Assembly (NCBI GenBank): GCA_964016885.1
Contig: OZ024743.1
Span: 57,536,001 to 57,600,000 of the forward strand
Direction: 5' to 3'
DNA length: 64,000 nt
DNA from: Eledone cirrhosa
Taxonomy: Eukaryota
Positions 13,224 to 26,183 of the stretch are shown here, piece after piece. Made by a program: the position numbers and the translations under genes. Under the pieces are notes generated by a model. It worked only from the letters and a program-made list of their open reading frames with translations, was not told the DNA's origin and did not search any database. Within the stretch, counting starts at the first letter, position 1; the number at the start of each line of letters is the position of its first letter.

Positions 13224-14201
13224 GGCACACCGAGTGTGCCCAGGCGCTCACGGCTCAATGGCAGGCGGACACGGCTGTCAGTGGAGAATCCACCTCGTCA
13301 ATCTATAGAGGCCTGGTGGTTAGCAGGTGCGACGACGCCCTCGGAGAAGCCCTAGGCATGGAGGAAGACGAACTGGCCAACCTGTTCGGTAGGACATTCA
13401 GCCCGGGACCCATGGCTAACTTCCAGAAGTCCCTGGCCTGGCAGTGTAACCGAAGAGCTCTGCCCGTTCGACAAAGGTTCTACAGATACGGGTGCCCGGG
13501 TAGGGCCCCCTCGAAAAAGATCTGTCCCAGATGCGTGTGCGACGAGGAAACCGTTGCACACGCATTGGTACACTGCTCGGGCATTGCCGATCTGTGGGGC
13601 TATGTCGAACAACTGCTGTCAAGGGTGGGACCGATCCGGTTGACCACCGAGTCTACTGTAACGATCAAGCTGCCTCCCCTCTTCAAAAACGAAGGAGAGG
13701 CGGTGTTTCTGTGCGTAATAGCCATGGCGAAAGAGGTTGTATGGTGGACGCGTCTGAAAGGACTGAGGTCAGACACCTTTCTCTCTGGCCAACAACTGGT
13801 CCGTTTCTTCCGATATCATTTTGGAAGAAGGATCAGGATGGAGAGAGAGGTGCTGCACCCCAGTCGTTTTTATGAAAGATGGGTGAAAGTGGGGAGAATG
13901 ACCCGTGTGAATGGGCCTTCACTCTACATCAGACTATAGGTGAGGAAGATGAAAGACCAAGGGAGCACCTCCTCTCTGTTCTCCTGAGGAGAAGGGTTGC
14001 ACATTTATTTTCGGGGGTGTGTTCGACCCCCAAGGCGCCTCCTCCCTATGGAGGATTTTGTTATAAATTTTATTTTGTTATATTTCATTTTATTTTTATA
14101 TTTTGTTATTGCCTCCTCCATATTGAGGACGCCTTTGCATGTAAACTCCCCCCTTTGTACTTGTCCCACTTTTGATGCCCTGGTGGCAAATAAAAAGAAA
14201 G
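13224..14201 (+). mobile_element. 5'-truncated Tx1/L1-clade LINE 3' end (RT-associated zinc knuckle)
   Basis: CPRCVCDEETVAHALVHC and AKEVVWWTRLKG; homologous to 58871-59341; 3' UTR ends GTGGCAAATAAAAAGAAA then (CTAT)n. Confidence 0.88.
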
Positions 14202-14256
<55 letters not shown>

Positions 14257-14312
14257 AACACCCCATTTGTATTTGTCCCCTTCTTTTGTGCCCTTGTGGC
14301 TAATAAAGAAAT
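14257..14312 (+). mobile_element. Isolated Tx1-type 3' terminus (another at ~15090-15198)
   Basis: TTTGTATTTGTCCCCTTCTTTTGTGCCC(T/C)TGTGGCTAATAAAGAAA followed by (CTAT)n, similar to 14147-14201. Confidence 0.75.
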
Positions 14313-14473
14313 ATATCTATCTATTTGTATTTTTATGCTTGTTTGTATTCTTTTAGATACATAGATAATTACATACACATGCATGCGTCTGTATAATACG
14401 TCTGAAGACAGCTAATATTTCCCAGAGTGAGAAAGTGATAGAAAGGAAGTGAGAAAGAGATATAGAAGAAGAA

Positions 14474-14615
14474 TTGACCCCAGTACAAGAATGGTGCTTT
14501 TCTATATCGCCTTCTAAGCGATGAAAGGCAACGTTGACCGTAGTGGGATTTGAACTCAGAAAGCAGAGAGCCGGAACAAATATCGGTTCTTTAACGGTTC
14601 TGCTAATTCACCGTC
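14474..14615 (-). mobile_element. Degenerate tRNA-derived SINE
   Basis: GATGAAAGGCAACGTTGACC...GGGATTTGAACTCAGA is the reverse complement of the SINE B box and body. Confidence 0.65.
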
Positions 14616-14707
14616 TTTGATTGATACATACATATATACATAGATTCATACATACATACTTACATGCATGCATACGTATATATATATGTTTGTACGTATG
14701 TATATAA

Positions 14708-14762
<55 letters not shown>

Positions 14763-14869
14763 TTTGATAACTTTGATAGGATTCGGCCAGTATTGGCCCA
14801 GGCCATGTCTAACTTAATAGCACCACCTGGTGTATTTATGTATGTATGTATGTATATATAATCTCTCTC

Positions 14870-14901
<32 letters not shown>

Positions 14902-14913
14902 ATTAATAACTTC

Positions 14914-15058
<145 letters not shown>

Positions 15059-15198
15059 GGGGGAAGTGAGTGAGAGAGAGAAATCGATTAATTTTTAAAT
15101 TACATTTGTGATAGCATTTTACACGTTTTTAATGTATGTAAACTTCCCCCTTTGTATTTGTCCCCTTCTTTTGTGCCCCTGTGGCTAATAAAGAAACA

Positions 15199-15267
<69 letters not shown>

Positions 15268-15309
15268 ATCTATTCGTCTATCTATCAATTTATCTATTTA
15301 TGCGTATAG

Positions 15310-15461
15310 ATGAGAGAAAGAGCGACAGAGAGAAAAATATGTTAATATATATATGAGGATAGAAAGAGAGAGAGAGAGTAAAAGTGTGCGATCGAGGAGG
15401 GAGAGATAGAGGAGGGAAAGCGAGAGGAGGGAGACAGATAAAGAGATATATATAGAGAGAG

Positions 15462-15525
<64 letters not shown>

Positions 15526-15718
15526 GGGAAGAGAGAGAGATGAGGGAAAGCGGGAGGAGGGTGAGAGAGAGAGAGGAAGGGAGAGAGATGAGGGAAAGCG
15601 AGAGGAGGTGAGGGAGAGAGAGAGAGAGCGAGAGAGAGAGGGGGGAAGAGAGAGAGATGAGGGAAAGCGAGAGGAGGGTGAGAGAGAGAGAGAAATAGAT
15701 AGAGAAAGAGGGGATAGA
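15310..15718 (+). repeat. GA-rich polypurine tract with repeated GATGAGGGAAAGCGAGAGGAGG units
   Basis: Direct reading. Confidence 0.85.
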
Positions 15719-16429
15719 TTGCTTATCAGAAGTAAATCAAACTTCACATGTCTTCCAGCAAAATATAAATTAGTGTTGAAAAACGTAACATTAAGAAAAT
15801 GCTGGAATATAGTCAGATTGGAAGATTGAAGAAATATGACAAAAAACCGCTTAAGATAAACTTAGCAAATAACTTTGAAACTGAGTGTAGAAGGTACAAT
15901 GTTTTTTTAGATGTACACATAAACACATAAACACAAACACACATACGCAGATACACATATACATATATACACATACATGTGTGCATGCATGTATATGTAA
16001 TTGTATATATGCATGTAGATATATACACATACACACATATATATGTGTGTGTGTGTGTGCGTATTTATATATATATATATATAATATATATATATATATA
16101 TGTATGTATATATATATGTGTGTGTGTGTGTGTTTGTGCGTATTTATATATATAATATATATATATGTGTGTGTGTGTGTGTATTTATATATATAATATA
16201 TATCTATGCATATATGTATATATGTGTGTGCGCGCGCGTGTTTGTGTGTGTGTGTATGCGTATGTGTGTGCGTTTATATGCGTGTGTATGTATAAAAATC
16301 GTATATCAACAACTACGACATAAAACATTTCATTCCATGTAGCATTTATAACAGTAGAATTTCAAATTTATATGATATTAACAAATATGTAGCATTTATA
16401 TATATATATATATAGATAATTTAATATAT

Positions 16430-17086
16430 CTACTAACATAAGCGCACAGATGTACGCTTATGCCAGCAAATACACAGGTTATGTCATAGTACCTAGGTGG
16501 TTCAATGCAGGAGGATGCAGAACAATAATATAAAAGACGTAAAATAAGAAAATAAAAAAAAAAATTTTTTTAAATTAACTTACTTACTAAAATTTTCACT
16601 CCAACTAATTAGTTTCTGCAATGGGATAAAGACAGTTACGTAATGAACTGGATATATTAAATTATCTATATTTATCTCCAAATCACTGATTTGTCGAGCA
16701 AACCTGCCAAAACCACTACTAAATTTTTGGTGTGTTAGTAGGCGTCTGTCATCTTACCATCCCACTCCAACCGACTAGACTCAGTGTCACGTGATTGATT
16801 CTTTGGAATCGGCCATTTGACCAGTGGCAGCGAGATTTTCAGTACTTGGAATCCAGTCCCCGATAGCTGTTCCATTTACCGAATTATTATTATTTTTATA
16901 TGAGTCCCCAGTGTCCGCGCATTGCTTGGAGACTTGGCTGAGAATAGACCTCCCTGATGACGCAATGAAATTCTCAACAGTTCATTACGTAACTGTCTTT
17001 ATCCCAGTGCAGAAACTAATTAGTTGGAGTGAAAATTTTAGTAAGTTAATTTTTAAAAATTTCTTTTAAAATGTTCTTATTTTACG

Positions 17087-17095
<9 letters not shown>
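16430..17095. mobile_element. Insertion with ~120-bp inverted arms (16529-16650 / 16978-17095) and a ~100-bp one-sided tail; probable PLE pLTR remnant
   Basis: Arms are reverse complements (e.g. GACAGTTACGTAATGAACTG / CAGTTCATTACGTAACTGTC); flanked by (TA)n; CTGATGA..GAAA motif just inside the right arm. Confidence 0.7.
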
Positions 17096-17169
<74 letters not shown>

Positions 17170-17174
<5 letters not shown>

Positions 17175-17364
17175 AACGAGTAGGACCCCGACGGCTGAGC
17201 TCAAGCCGTTTCGACGGCTAATTCTGGCGTCCATAATTAGCCGTCGAAAAGGCTTGAGCTCAGCCGTCGGGGTCCTACTCGTTCCTATTACCCACTCTAC
17301 TACTCTAAGTATTGAGTACTTTGGTGCGTTATGGTCCACCTGGTTCCTTACCACATTTCTTCCG

Positions 17365-17366
<2 letters not shown>
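17170..17366. mobile_element. Fold-back insertion, second copy of the 5544-5753 family (palindrome 17170-17288 plus tail)
   Basis: Inverted arms around ATTCTGG-cgt-CCATAAT; same tail as 5544-5621 in the opposite orientation. Confidence 0.85.
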
Positions 17367-17454
<88 letters not shown>

Positions 17455-17460
<6 letters not shown>

Positions 17461-20400
17461 ATACTTTGGGAGGGTCATGTTGCCAATAAGAAACACACGC
17501 ACCAGTTGCTTTCACTTTAATTTATTATATATTTATAAATTTACAAATTTATAAATTTCTGGTTGGTTGGTTGGTTCCACAACCAGATAGTTGTTTATAT
17601 ATAGTCATAGTTCTTTCGTCACACACTCTGTGACCTCTTCAGTGACTGGGGATTCCTTTCTTTGTTTCTGTGCCTCTCCTTTGTTCTGTCCTACGCCATT
17701 TTGTTTCTGTGTGTGTGTTGTGTGCTCAGTCTGCGCATGCGCCACATCCGGGTGTCTGTGTGTGTTTATGTTAATTTATCTATTTGTTTATTTACATGTT
17801 ACTGGTTGGTTGTTTGTTCTATGTGCGTGTGTGTTTTCATTTTGTCCTTAATTGTAAGTTGTGATGTTGCTGTTCCACTCATATTTTCTATTTAATTTTG
17901 GTTGTAATTCTTTTATGTTTATTGCCTCTGTAATTTGTCTAAACATTGCGTCTTTTCTGTGTGTAGATTCTATTTTTATTTCTATGTTCTCTAATTTACA
18001 CTTGTGTTCTATTTTAGCATGTTGGTAGAGTACAGATGATTCTTTATTATCTTGAAGGTCTCGCCAGTGTTCATTTATCCGTTCCCCTACACTACGAGCT
18101 GTCTCACCTATGTACACTATATTTTTGTCTCTACATTGTCCTTCAGTACATCTTATGCTATACACTACATTTCTAGTTTTACAGTTAATATGGGGGCTTA
18201 TTTTACAGGTTACACATTTCTTATCTATACATGAGGGTCTTTGAAAAGGGTATGTCTTGCTAATAAGTGTTTTTACGGAGGTACCTGGCCTTTCTACTAT
18301 CTTAGTATTGAGTTTATGTTTATTTAGGGCCCTTCTAAATTTGTAAGCTAGTTCACCTCTAGAGGTTGTATCGATGAACATTACACTCTGGTATTTATTG
18401 CTATCATACCATGAGTTTATTCTATTAGCCTTGTTCCTAGTTCTTTCTATTCTATTCCAAAATTTGCTCCTATACAAGGGCCAGGTCCCATTTATGTCAT
18501 TATTTACCATTTTTTCCCATTTGGTTCTGGCTCCTCTATACACTCTGATTCTATCTCTCTGATTGTAGCCAGAGAACTGCATACGGTGGATGAAGTGTTG
18601 TATGTGTCTCTCTAGTTCTTCGGGGTTGCACATGCGGGACACATTTCTCATCACCCGTACCAAATCCGCAATCAGTATGTTGATTTTGGTATGGTCCGAA
18701 ATGGCCGAGTTTCGGTGGATCAGATGTTTGGAAGTCATGGGTTTGGCATAATGGGAATGGAGGATTTGTTTTTTGTTGTTAATGGTATCTAACCAGAGCT
18801 CTGTGTCTAGTACAGGTAATCGATGGTTGGGGTGTTTACTTGGGTAGTCTATAGTAACTCTAATGCTCTGGTGGATGGAGTTTGCTATTTGCTGGATGCT
18901 TTCCATTGTGTTTTTCTCTAGTTCCTGACTGTTCTCTAGTGGGGGTGTCTTAACTACGATGTTTATATCATCTACGTAGCGGGAGTACATTATCATGGTT
19001 AAGGGGTCTTCTAATTGTTCTTTAAGTTTAAGTTTAAGTCTACTGTCCCACCATACCATGAATAAGTTAGCTATGTCGCCTGCAATGCTAACACCAATGG
19101 CTGCTCCTTCCTCTTGGGCATATGTTTTACCATTAAATTTGAACATATGTTCCTTAAGGGTTAGTTTTATGCTGGCCCCTACCGCATGTGCAATCATTTT
19201 CTTCAGTTCATCGTGGTTTTCGGGTGTCCGTATGGCTCTGGTCCACCCGTTCCATCTATCTGTGTGGGGTTTTTTGGCCATTGAGGTAATGGTAGGTGGT
19301 CTGCCTCTTGCTGGTCTTGTAGGGCACAGGTTGCTAAGGTCATAAGTGTCTAGGTAACTATTACTATAGGTAAGCTTAAGTAGGAGTCCCAGCTCACTGG
19401 TATCAATCCCACGGAACTCAACCTTGCTCTCACTGATCATTTCTACGCATTTCTCCACAGCAAAATCCACGTCAATAGATGGATACAGGGACAAAACATC
19501 CATACTGCCTATTATGCAGTTTGTTAGGTCCCCAGATCGGTTACCCACGCCGATTCTGCTGAGGAGGTCCTCCGTGCTGTCACATACATCTGGGGACATT
19601 TCAATGATGGGGCGTATGATCAGGGAGAGGAAGTAGGACAGTCTGTAGTTACTAGCAATGTTAGCTCCACAGACTGGCCGTGTTGGTGGTCCCGCGACAG
19701 GGTCACAACCAGTTTTATGGTCTTTTCGAAGTTCATACAACGCCGGCACGTCATTGTTCCAGGCCTGGAAGTTGTTGGCAGTCCTTATGTCGGGCTGCAT
19801 TATATTCGTCCACATCACCATATGGGCATTGAGGGATTTTTCTCTATCCTCATGCTCCTGTGGTGTTACCTCTCTTGTGTTAGTGATGTGGGGTTGCATT
19901 GCCTGGGTGTAGTTTGGCAGGCTGTCAACCGACATTCTGCCAGACTTGTCTGTTGGAAAGCATGCTATCTCTCCATTACGTGAGCGCTGCATGAGCTTAC
20001 GCAAGCCATTTGCAGATTTTTCTCCCAGTTGCTGGACTTCCATTCTATTATGCTTCTTGCTATACTGTTCTATAATATTTCTAAGTTCGGATCTAGCTAT
20101 ACTAAATTGTGCTTCTGTTTGTTCATCGACCTGCGACGGCAATTGCGTGCGTTTGTTAAATGGTAAAGTCGTGGCGTGGACTCGTCGCAGGTCGAATGAT
20201 TTATCGGAGGGATTATAAAACGGAGAGTTCCAGGCTGCTGCTTTATGTGTACTAGTGCTATTGTTATTGTTAGTTGTGTTGTTTCTATTTCTATTTCCAC
20301 CAACAGCCTCATGGTTGTTTCTATGTCTCTCATAATTACTCCTGTCTCTTTCCACTGGCTCATTGTTGTTATCTACCCTATTTTGTGTGTCTGTGTGTTC

Positions 20401-20935
20401 GTCTTGGTTATTCTCTTTGTCCTTAGTCTCCCTTCTCATTTTAATCCTATTACTTTCCCTTATTTCTGTGATTTCTGTGCTACTGTCATTACTTGTTTTC
20501 TGTGTCTGTGTGTTTGTTAAGATTGTGGTGGTGGTGAGAGGCATTGAATGCGTGTGTGTTGTTGTTGTTGATGTGTGCTGTTGTTGGTGTGTGTTGTTGT
20601 TGTCTCCGTGTGTGTTATTGTTGTTGTGTGTGTTGTTATTGTTGTTTGTGTCTGCGTGTCTGTTGTTGTTTCTGGGTATGTTGTTATTGTTGTTGTTGTT
20701 GATGTGTGTGTTGTTGTTATTGTTGTTTGTGTCTGTGTGTCTGTTGTTGTTGGGATGTGTGTTGTATATGTGTGTGCGTATATTGTTGCTTTTGTTTTTG
20801 TTTTTGATGCTCCAGCGTAGTTTTGTAAATGATTTTTCTATTTCTGACAGACAACTAATCATATTTACCTTCTTGAATGTCGCAAATTTCGGGGGTAAAC
20901 ATAACACAGACATCCCTCTACTACGAATTACTCTG
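17455..20935 (-). mobile_element. Near full-length Penelope-like retroelement
   Basis: Uninterrupted RT + GIY-YIG frame; 3' UTR/pLTR with a hammerhead; 3' end ...GACCCTCCCAAAGTATAACAAT abuts (TA)n as at 8640-8666. Confidence 0.93.
17603..17647 (-). ncRNA. Intact minimal type I hammerhead ribozyme in the PLE 3' pLTR
   Basis: Reverse complement AGTCA-CTGAAGA-G-GTCACA-gagtg-TGTGAC-GAAA-G-aa-C-TA-TGACT: perfect stems I and II, minimal stem III. Confidence 0.85.

Positions 20936-20979
<44 letters not shown>
17848..20979 (-). CDS. PLE reverse transcriptase / GIY-YIG endonuclease polyprotein (true start uncertain; the first codons are CA microsatellite)
   Basis: PTDKSGR, RKDHK, PPTRPVC, SMDVLSLYPSI, QEEGAAIG, RYVDD, LPVLD, then CxxxxCxxC and NVVYSIRC...VYIGETARSVGERINEH...RQITEA...LNRKYEW. 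Confidence 0.9.
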
Positions 20980-20981
<2 letters not shown>

Positions 20982-21076
20982 CTTAATAGGCATTTGAACT
21001 GTCAACAGGCTGCGGTTCGCACACACATCCCTGCTGACCATTATCACAACAACGAACCTCTTTACTACTAATACTA

Positions 21077-21130
<54 letters not shown>

Positions 21131-21544
21131 TTGTCTTGAAAGACTTATTTATCAGTGACTTCTCAATCAGTCGAGACAAACCTACATTTGGCGCAAAATC
21201 AATTTTTAACATTCACATGACCTCTACCGACCAATCAAAATTGTTTTAACCACAAGAATTATTTCATACATCTGGAGCCACTTTTTTTTACATAAAACAG
21301 GTAGAATTTCCAAAACTAATCAGATTAGAGCAAACATAACGGGCGCCCTATCTCAAAATTATTTTTGAAAAGCATTAGAAATGCACAACCGGTAAAACTT
21401 AAAACCCAAACTGAATACTAACCAATACTATTACTAATTTTTACTTATTCCTAATTAAACTATTTTTCACTGGAAGCAATTTGTCAGCATTTTCTTTTCC
21501 TTTTACCAATATATCATAACTCGTGTGTTACACCTCTATTCTTT

Positions 21545-21606
<62 letters not shown>

Positions 21607-21608
21607 GA

Positions 21609-21862
21609 AGGCGCATGGCTTAGTGGTTAGAGCATTTCGCTTGCAATCGAAAGGTTGTGAGTTCAATTCTCGGACCGGGTGATGTGTTGTTTCCTTGAGC
21701 AAGACACTTTACTTCACGTTGCTCCAGTTTACTCAGATACAGAAATGAATACCCGCCCAGCCAGTGGGATAGTGTTATCTTATGCCTAAAACAGCACGAC
21801 GTGCTGTGACCAGCGGCGCCGTTTGGCGCCCGACAGACTGGTCGGTCAAGGTGATCAAGATG
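21609..21862 (+). mobile_element. tRNA-derived SINE with CORE-like segment
   Basis: GGCGCATGGCTTAGTGGTTAG (A box), GAGTTCAATTC (B box), CCTTGAGCAAGACACTT (CORE-like). Confidence 0.8.
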
Positions 21863-22224
21863 ATATATATATTAAGGACTCATCAGGGCAATCAAAACAA
21901 CGAGAGGTAATTTCGGCAGATACAAGCCAGAAACTCTGAAGAATATGGAGTTTACATACACTAATGTCTTGCAAAGATATACGATAATAAAAATGAAAAT
22001 AAAGATAAAAATAATAAAATTATAATAACTAAGGATGTAGATAACATTAAGAACCATATTACAAATATAGTCCAAAGCCACCAACTTAAATCTAAACAAA
22101 TTTGGTTATATAGAGCAGGAATTATATATAACACAATATAATACATTATAATAATAATATATTTATACCAACATTAAAATTCCAAATTAAAAATCAAAAG
22201 GTACAATATATACATGTATATATG

Positions 22225-22277
<53 letters not shown>

Positions 22278-23828
22278 TACAATACACATATCTATTTTCT
22301 AGTACACAGCAATTAAGCCTATTAGAAGTTTGAATATTAAAAATAAGCATGGTAATAGTGAAAATAATACTAATACATCTACCCAATATACATGAGGCAA
22401 TAATATGATATAATTACAAGAAACACTTATAACAAATAATAAACAACAACATTATATAATTCAATACAATATAATAAAGTAGAATAGATAATCCCCGGTT
22501 AATTTACAGAAACAATATAGATGTCACAGTGAAATACAATGATAAAATGTTAACATTATATTAACAATTACCATAAACAATATGTACAAAATGATTCATA
22601 CTGGGTTACATAATAAATGAGGAAATATAAATCATATAATATAATACAATAATACTCAAAAAAACTATATTGGTACAGGGAACAATTATGATGTTACAGA
22701 AAAAATATGATGTTACAGAAAAAAATATACAGACATCTAACATGATATGTAAAGTCTAAATATCATAATGTTACATATTACAATATTAAAATATTAAAAA
22801 ATCCAGACATCTTACATGATATATAAAGTTTAAATATCATAATGTTATATATAATAAACGGTCAGTAATAAGGATCTATATCATAATGTAATATATTTTA
22901 AAAATTGGCATAAAATATATAAATACTTATAATTACAAGGTTAGTAGACAGACATGTGTGGATGAGTGAGCGAAGCCAGACAGTGAATAGTAAATAGAAT
23001 ATAGAATAAAACAAATAAATACAATCAACCGGAAATTACAAAACAAAGCAAATGTATACACATTTAGGCCTCGCGTGCATTAAGAAATTTGGTAAACACC
23101 AAGGAAAGCGATCATTTTAAATGACTCCAAACCCTATCTGATAAATTAATATTAAAAATATCAAACCCATCCGATAAGGTAGTATAAAATTAGCTATAGT
23201 TTAAGTCATTAAAATATATAAACTTTAATGTATCGTTACAAATGCTTACAAAAAGGAATAAAATTACACTATCATATACGCAACGATATCTAAAAAAACT
23301 GACTTAAGTGGAGTTAAGGTAGGCTAATGGGGACAGAATTGACAAAATATATGGAGGGTGCGAAGTGGCATAAAATATATTCGATATACTATAATAAATA
23401 ATAGAACGGAGCATAAAAGTGGGGGGGGGGTTAATATAATCATATTCAATCTGGAGGGGTTGACAATAAGTTTATGTGTGCATGGGGGAGGGGGGAGAAG
23501 GGGGGGGGGGTTGTCGATAGATAAATCAGAATAGACTTAGAAATAAAAATAGAATTAAAAATAAAAATAAAAATAAAAATAATGTTAAAATAAAAATTAA
23601 AGTTAATGATAATAAAAGAATATATAAAGATAATAAGAGAATGACGTAAGTGGCATAAAGTGTGTAATCTTATGTATACTAACAAGGTGTAATAGTGAAG
23701 ACATAGATATGGTACAGTGGCCAAATGATTATGAGAGCTAGAATGAAGAGTCATCAAAAACCAATGATAACATTAGTGTTGGCAAACAAAAGAACCCAAA
23801 CAAAAAACTAAGTAATGGAATATAACTG

Positions 23829-25262
23829 CTAATGGGTACGATTTGTACTACTAGAACATTTGGGTTTATAATAAAAGTAAGAATTAGAAATGGCATGGGG
23901 GCAAGAAGAGAATATCTCAGACTTTCTATTCAGTAAGGGTACGCTAGAGAAAATAATAGAGTGTGTCTCAAGTATACAGAGATTACAAAACTTACTATGT
24001 GCAGAAAGGTGGTTAGATCGTGCTACTAAACTCCAGTTAAGGCTATATGGTATATAAGCTCCCTTAAGATCCCAGATATAATGCGCTAGAGAGGTAGAAT
24101 TCTTAAACCTAACATGTTTGAAGTTAGAGATATGAGAGTTAAACCTACTCTTAAAAGTGTTTGAAGTAGATCCTATATACGTTCTTTTAGAGGAATTAGT
24201 TATAACCTCGCAAGCATAGACAATGTTCTTAGAAAGGCAGTTACCGTTTAGAGGGCAGTTAGCACTCACTCTACAATTGCACTTCCAGGTGTTATTGGTT
24301 GGCTCGAGTGGTGATGTATTGCACGTAGGACCTCTATTAGATAAGGACTGTTCTGGTGGTAAAGCATTGTCCGATGCATTCGGACTAGTAGTATGTAGAG
24401 AGGAGAATCCATCCCTAATTTTCCTATTATTAGTGCTAGCTAAATGAGAACTAATATTAGGGGTGGTAGAGAATGAGAGTTTAATAACATTTTTATTAAA
24501 AATACCATGGTATTTGTGAGAAGGGGGGAAATTTTTCTCCAGGATAGTGAAGAAAGACCTAGGGATATTAGTTGATACATCCTGATTATATGGCGGGTTG
24601 AAATAAGTATTCAATCGCCTTCTATTTTTATTTTTATTCTTATCGACCCTACCTCTATCAAATGTCCCACCGTCGAGACTAGGGTTACTATCGGGAATAG
24701 TTGAAGCCACATTCATAGAATCAGCCATAATTTCGTTATGCCTATTATAGTTTCTACCTCTAGTAGATCCGCTGTTGTCCAGAATCCCTACAAGAGGATT
24801 AAGGCCAATGATACGATCAGTAGGAGCAACATTATAGAATAAGATCCAGCCAAACCAACACCAATGCGTGAGCGCACAGGGGGCTCGACATGTCTCTTAG
24901 AGGTATTATATTTGTTATTACGAGTCCGGTGGGATAACTTATGGGTGGGTTCGGATACTCCTATATAAGTTCTACGGTTACTAAGTTTGCTACTCCCATT
25001 CATAGCCATGTTATGTGATATAATGTTATTATTATTAAGAGTAAGCGGAGACTTTCTAAAGTTACTATTATTATAATTTATTTTACTAGAGTGACCTGAA
25101 TTTGCTAGGGCGTTATTATAGTACTCCGCATGTTCATTAAAAGTTCCTATGTCCTTAGATAGTGTGGAAATCCTATTAGAAACGCCCTTAATTATAGAGT
25201 TTATCATAGACTTAGGGTGGTTAGAATTGGGGCTAACATAAGAAAGAATTTCATTAGGCTTA
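23829..25262 (-). pseudogene. PLE RT C-terminus plus zinc-finger linker and GIY-YIG endonuclease (split over two ORFs)
   Basis: HKPNEILSYVSPNSNHPK...NRISTLS; YFNPPY; IFNKNVIKLSFS; CNCRVSANCPLNGNC; NIVYACEV...TYIGST...FKSRFNSH; CNLCILE; LNRKSEI. Confidence 0.88.
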
Positions 25263-26071
25263 TGTATATTTTTTTCTGTAACATCATATTTTTTCTGTAA
25301 CATCATAATTGTTCCCTGTACCAATATAGTTTTTTTGAGTATTATTGTATTATATTATATGATTTATATTTCCTCATTTATTATGTAACCCAGTATGAAT
25401 CATTTTGTGCATATTGTTTATGGTAATTGTTAATATAATGTTAACATTTTATCATTGTATTTCACTGTGACATCTATATTGTTTCTGTAAATTAACCGGG
25501 GATTATCTATTCTACTTTATTATATTGTATTGAATTATATAATTTTGTTGTTTATTATTTGTTATAAGTGTTTCTTGTAATTATATCATATTATTGCCTC
25601 ATGTATATTGGGTAGATGTATTAGTATTATTTTCACTATTACCATGCTTATTTTTAATATTCAAACTTCTAATAGGCTTAATTTCTGTGTAATAGAAAAT
25701 AGATATGTGTATTGTAATATGTGTGTGTGTGTGTGCGCACATATATACATGTATATATTGTACCTTTTGATTTTTAATTTGGAATTTTAATGTTGGTATA
25801 AATATATTATTATTATAATGTATTATATTGTGTTATATATAATTCCTGCTCTATATAACCAAATTTGTTTAGATTTAAGTTGGTGGCTTTGGACTATATT
25901 TGTAATATGGTTCTTAATGTTATCTACATCCTTAGTTATTATAATTTTATTATTTTTATCTTTATTTTCATTTTTATTATCGTATATCTTTGCAAGACAT
26001 TAGTGTATGTACACTCCATATTCTTCAGAGTTTCTGGCTTGTATCTGCCGAAATTACCTCTCGTTGTTTTG

Positions 26072-26116
26072 ATTGCCCTGATGAGTCCTTAATAGGACGA
26101 AACATTGTCGGCTAAT
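26072..26116 (+). ncRNA. Canonical minimal type I hammerhead ribozyme
   Basis: GCC-CTGATGA-GTCCT-taat-AGGAC-GAAA-C-att-G-TC-GGC with a GTC cleavage triplet, followed by AATAAA. Confidence 0.9.
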
Positions 26117-26183
26117 AAAAACTTTTGATGTATTAAAGGATTCTTTGTTTTACTCTCTTAATATATATAAATATATATATATA

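Larger units (their letters stand above)
21871..26160 (-). mobile_element. 5'-truncated Penelope-like element of a second family with an ~830-bp inverted copy of its 3' end
   Basis: 25263-26093 is the reverse complement of 21871-22731 (duplicated ORFs in the track confirm this); coding remnants at 24788-25262 and 23829-24728. Confidence 0.9.

Noticed and set aside
21609-21680. tRNA gene
   Set aside because: A/B boxes are present but there is no complete cloverleaf, and the sequence continues into a SINE body.
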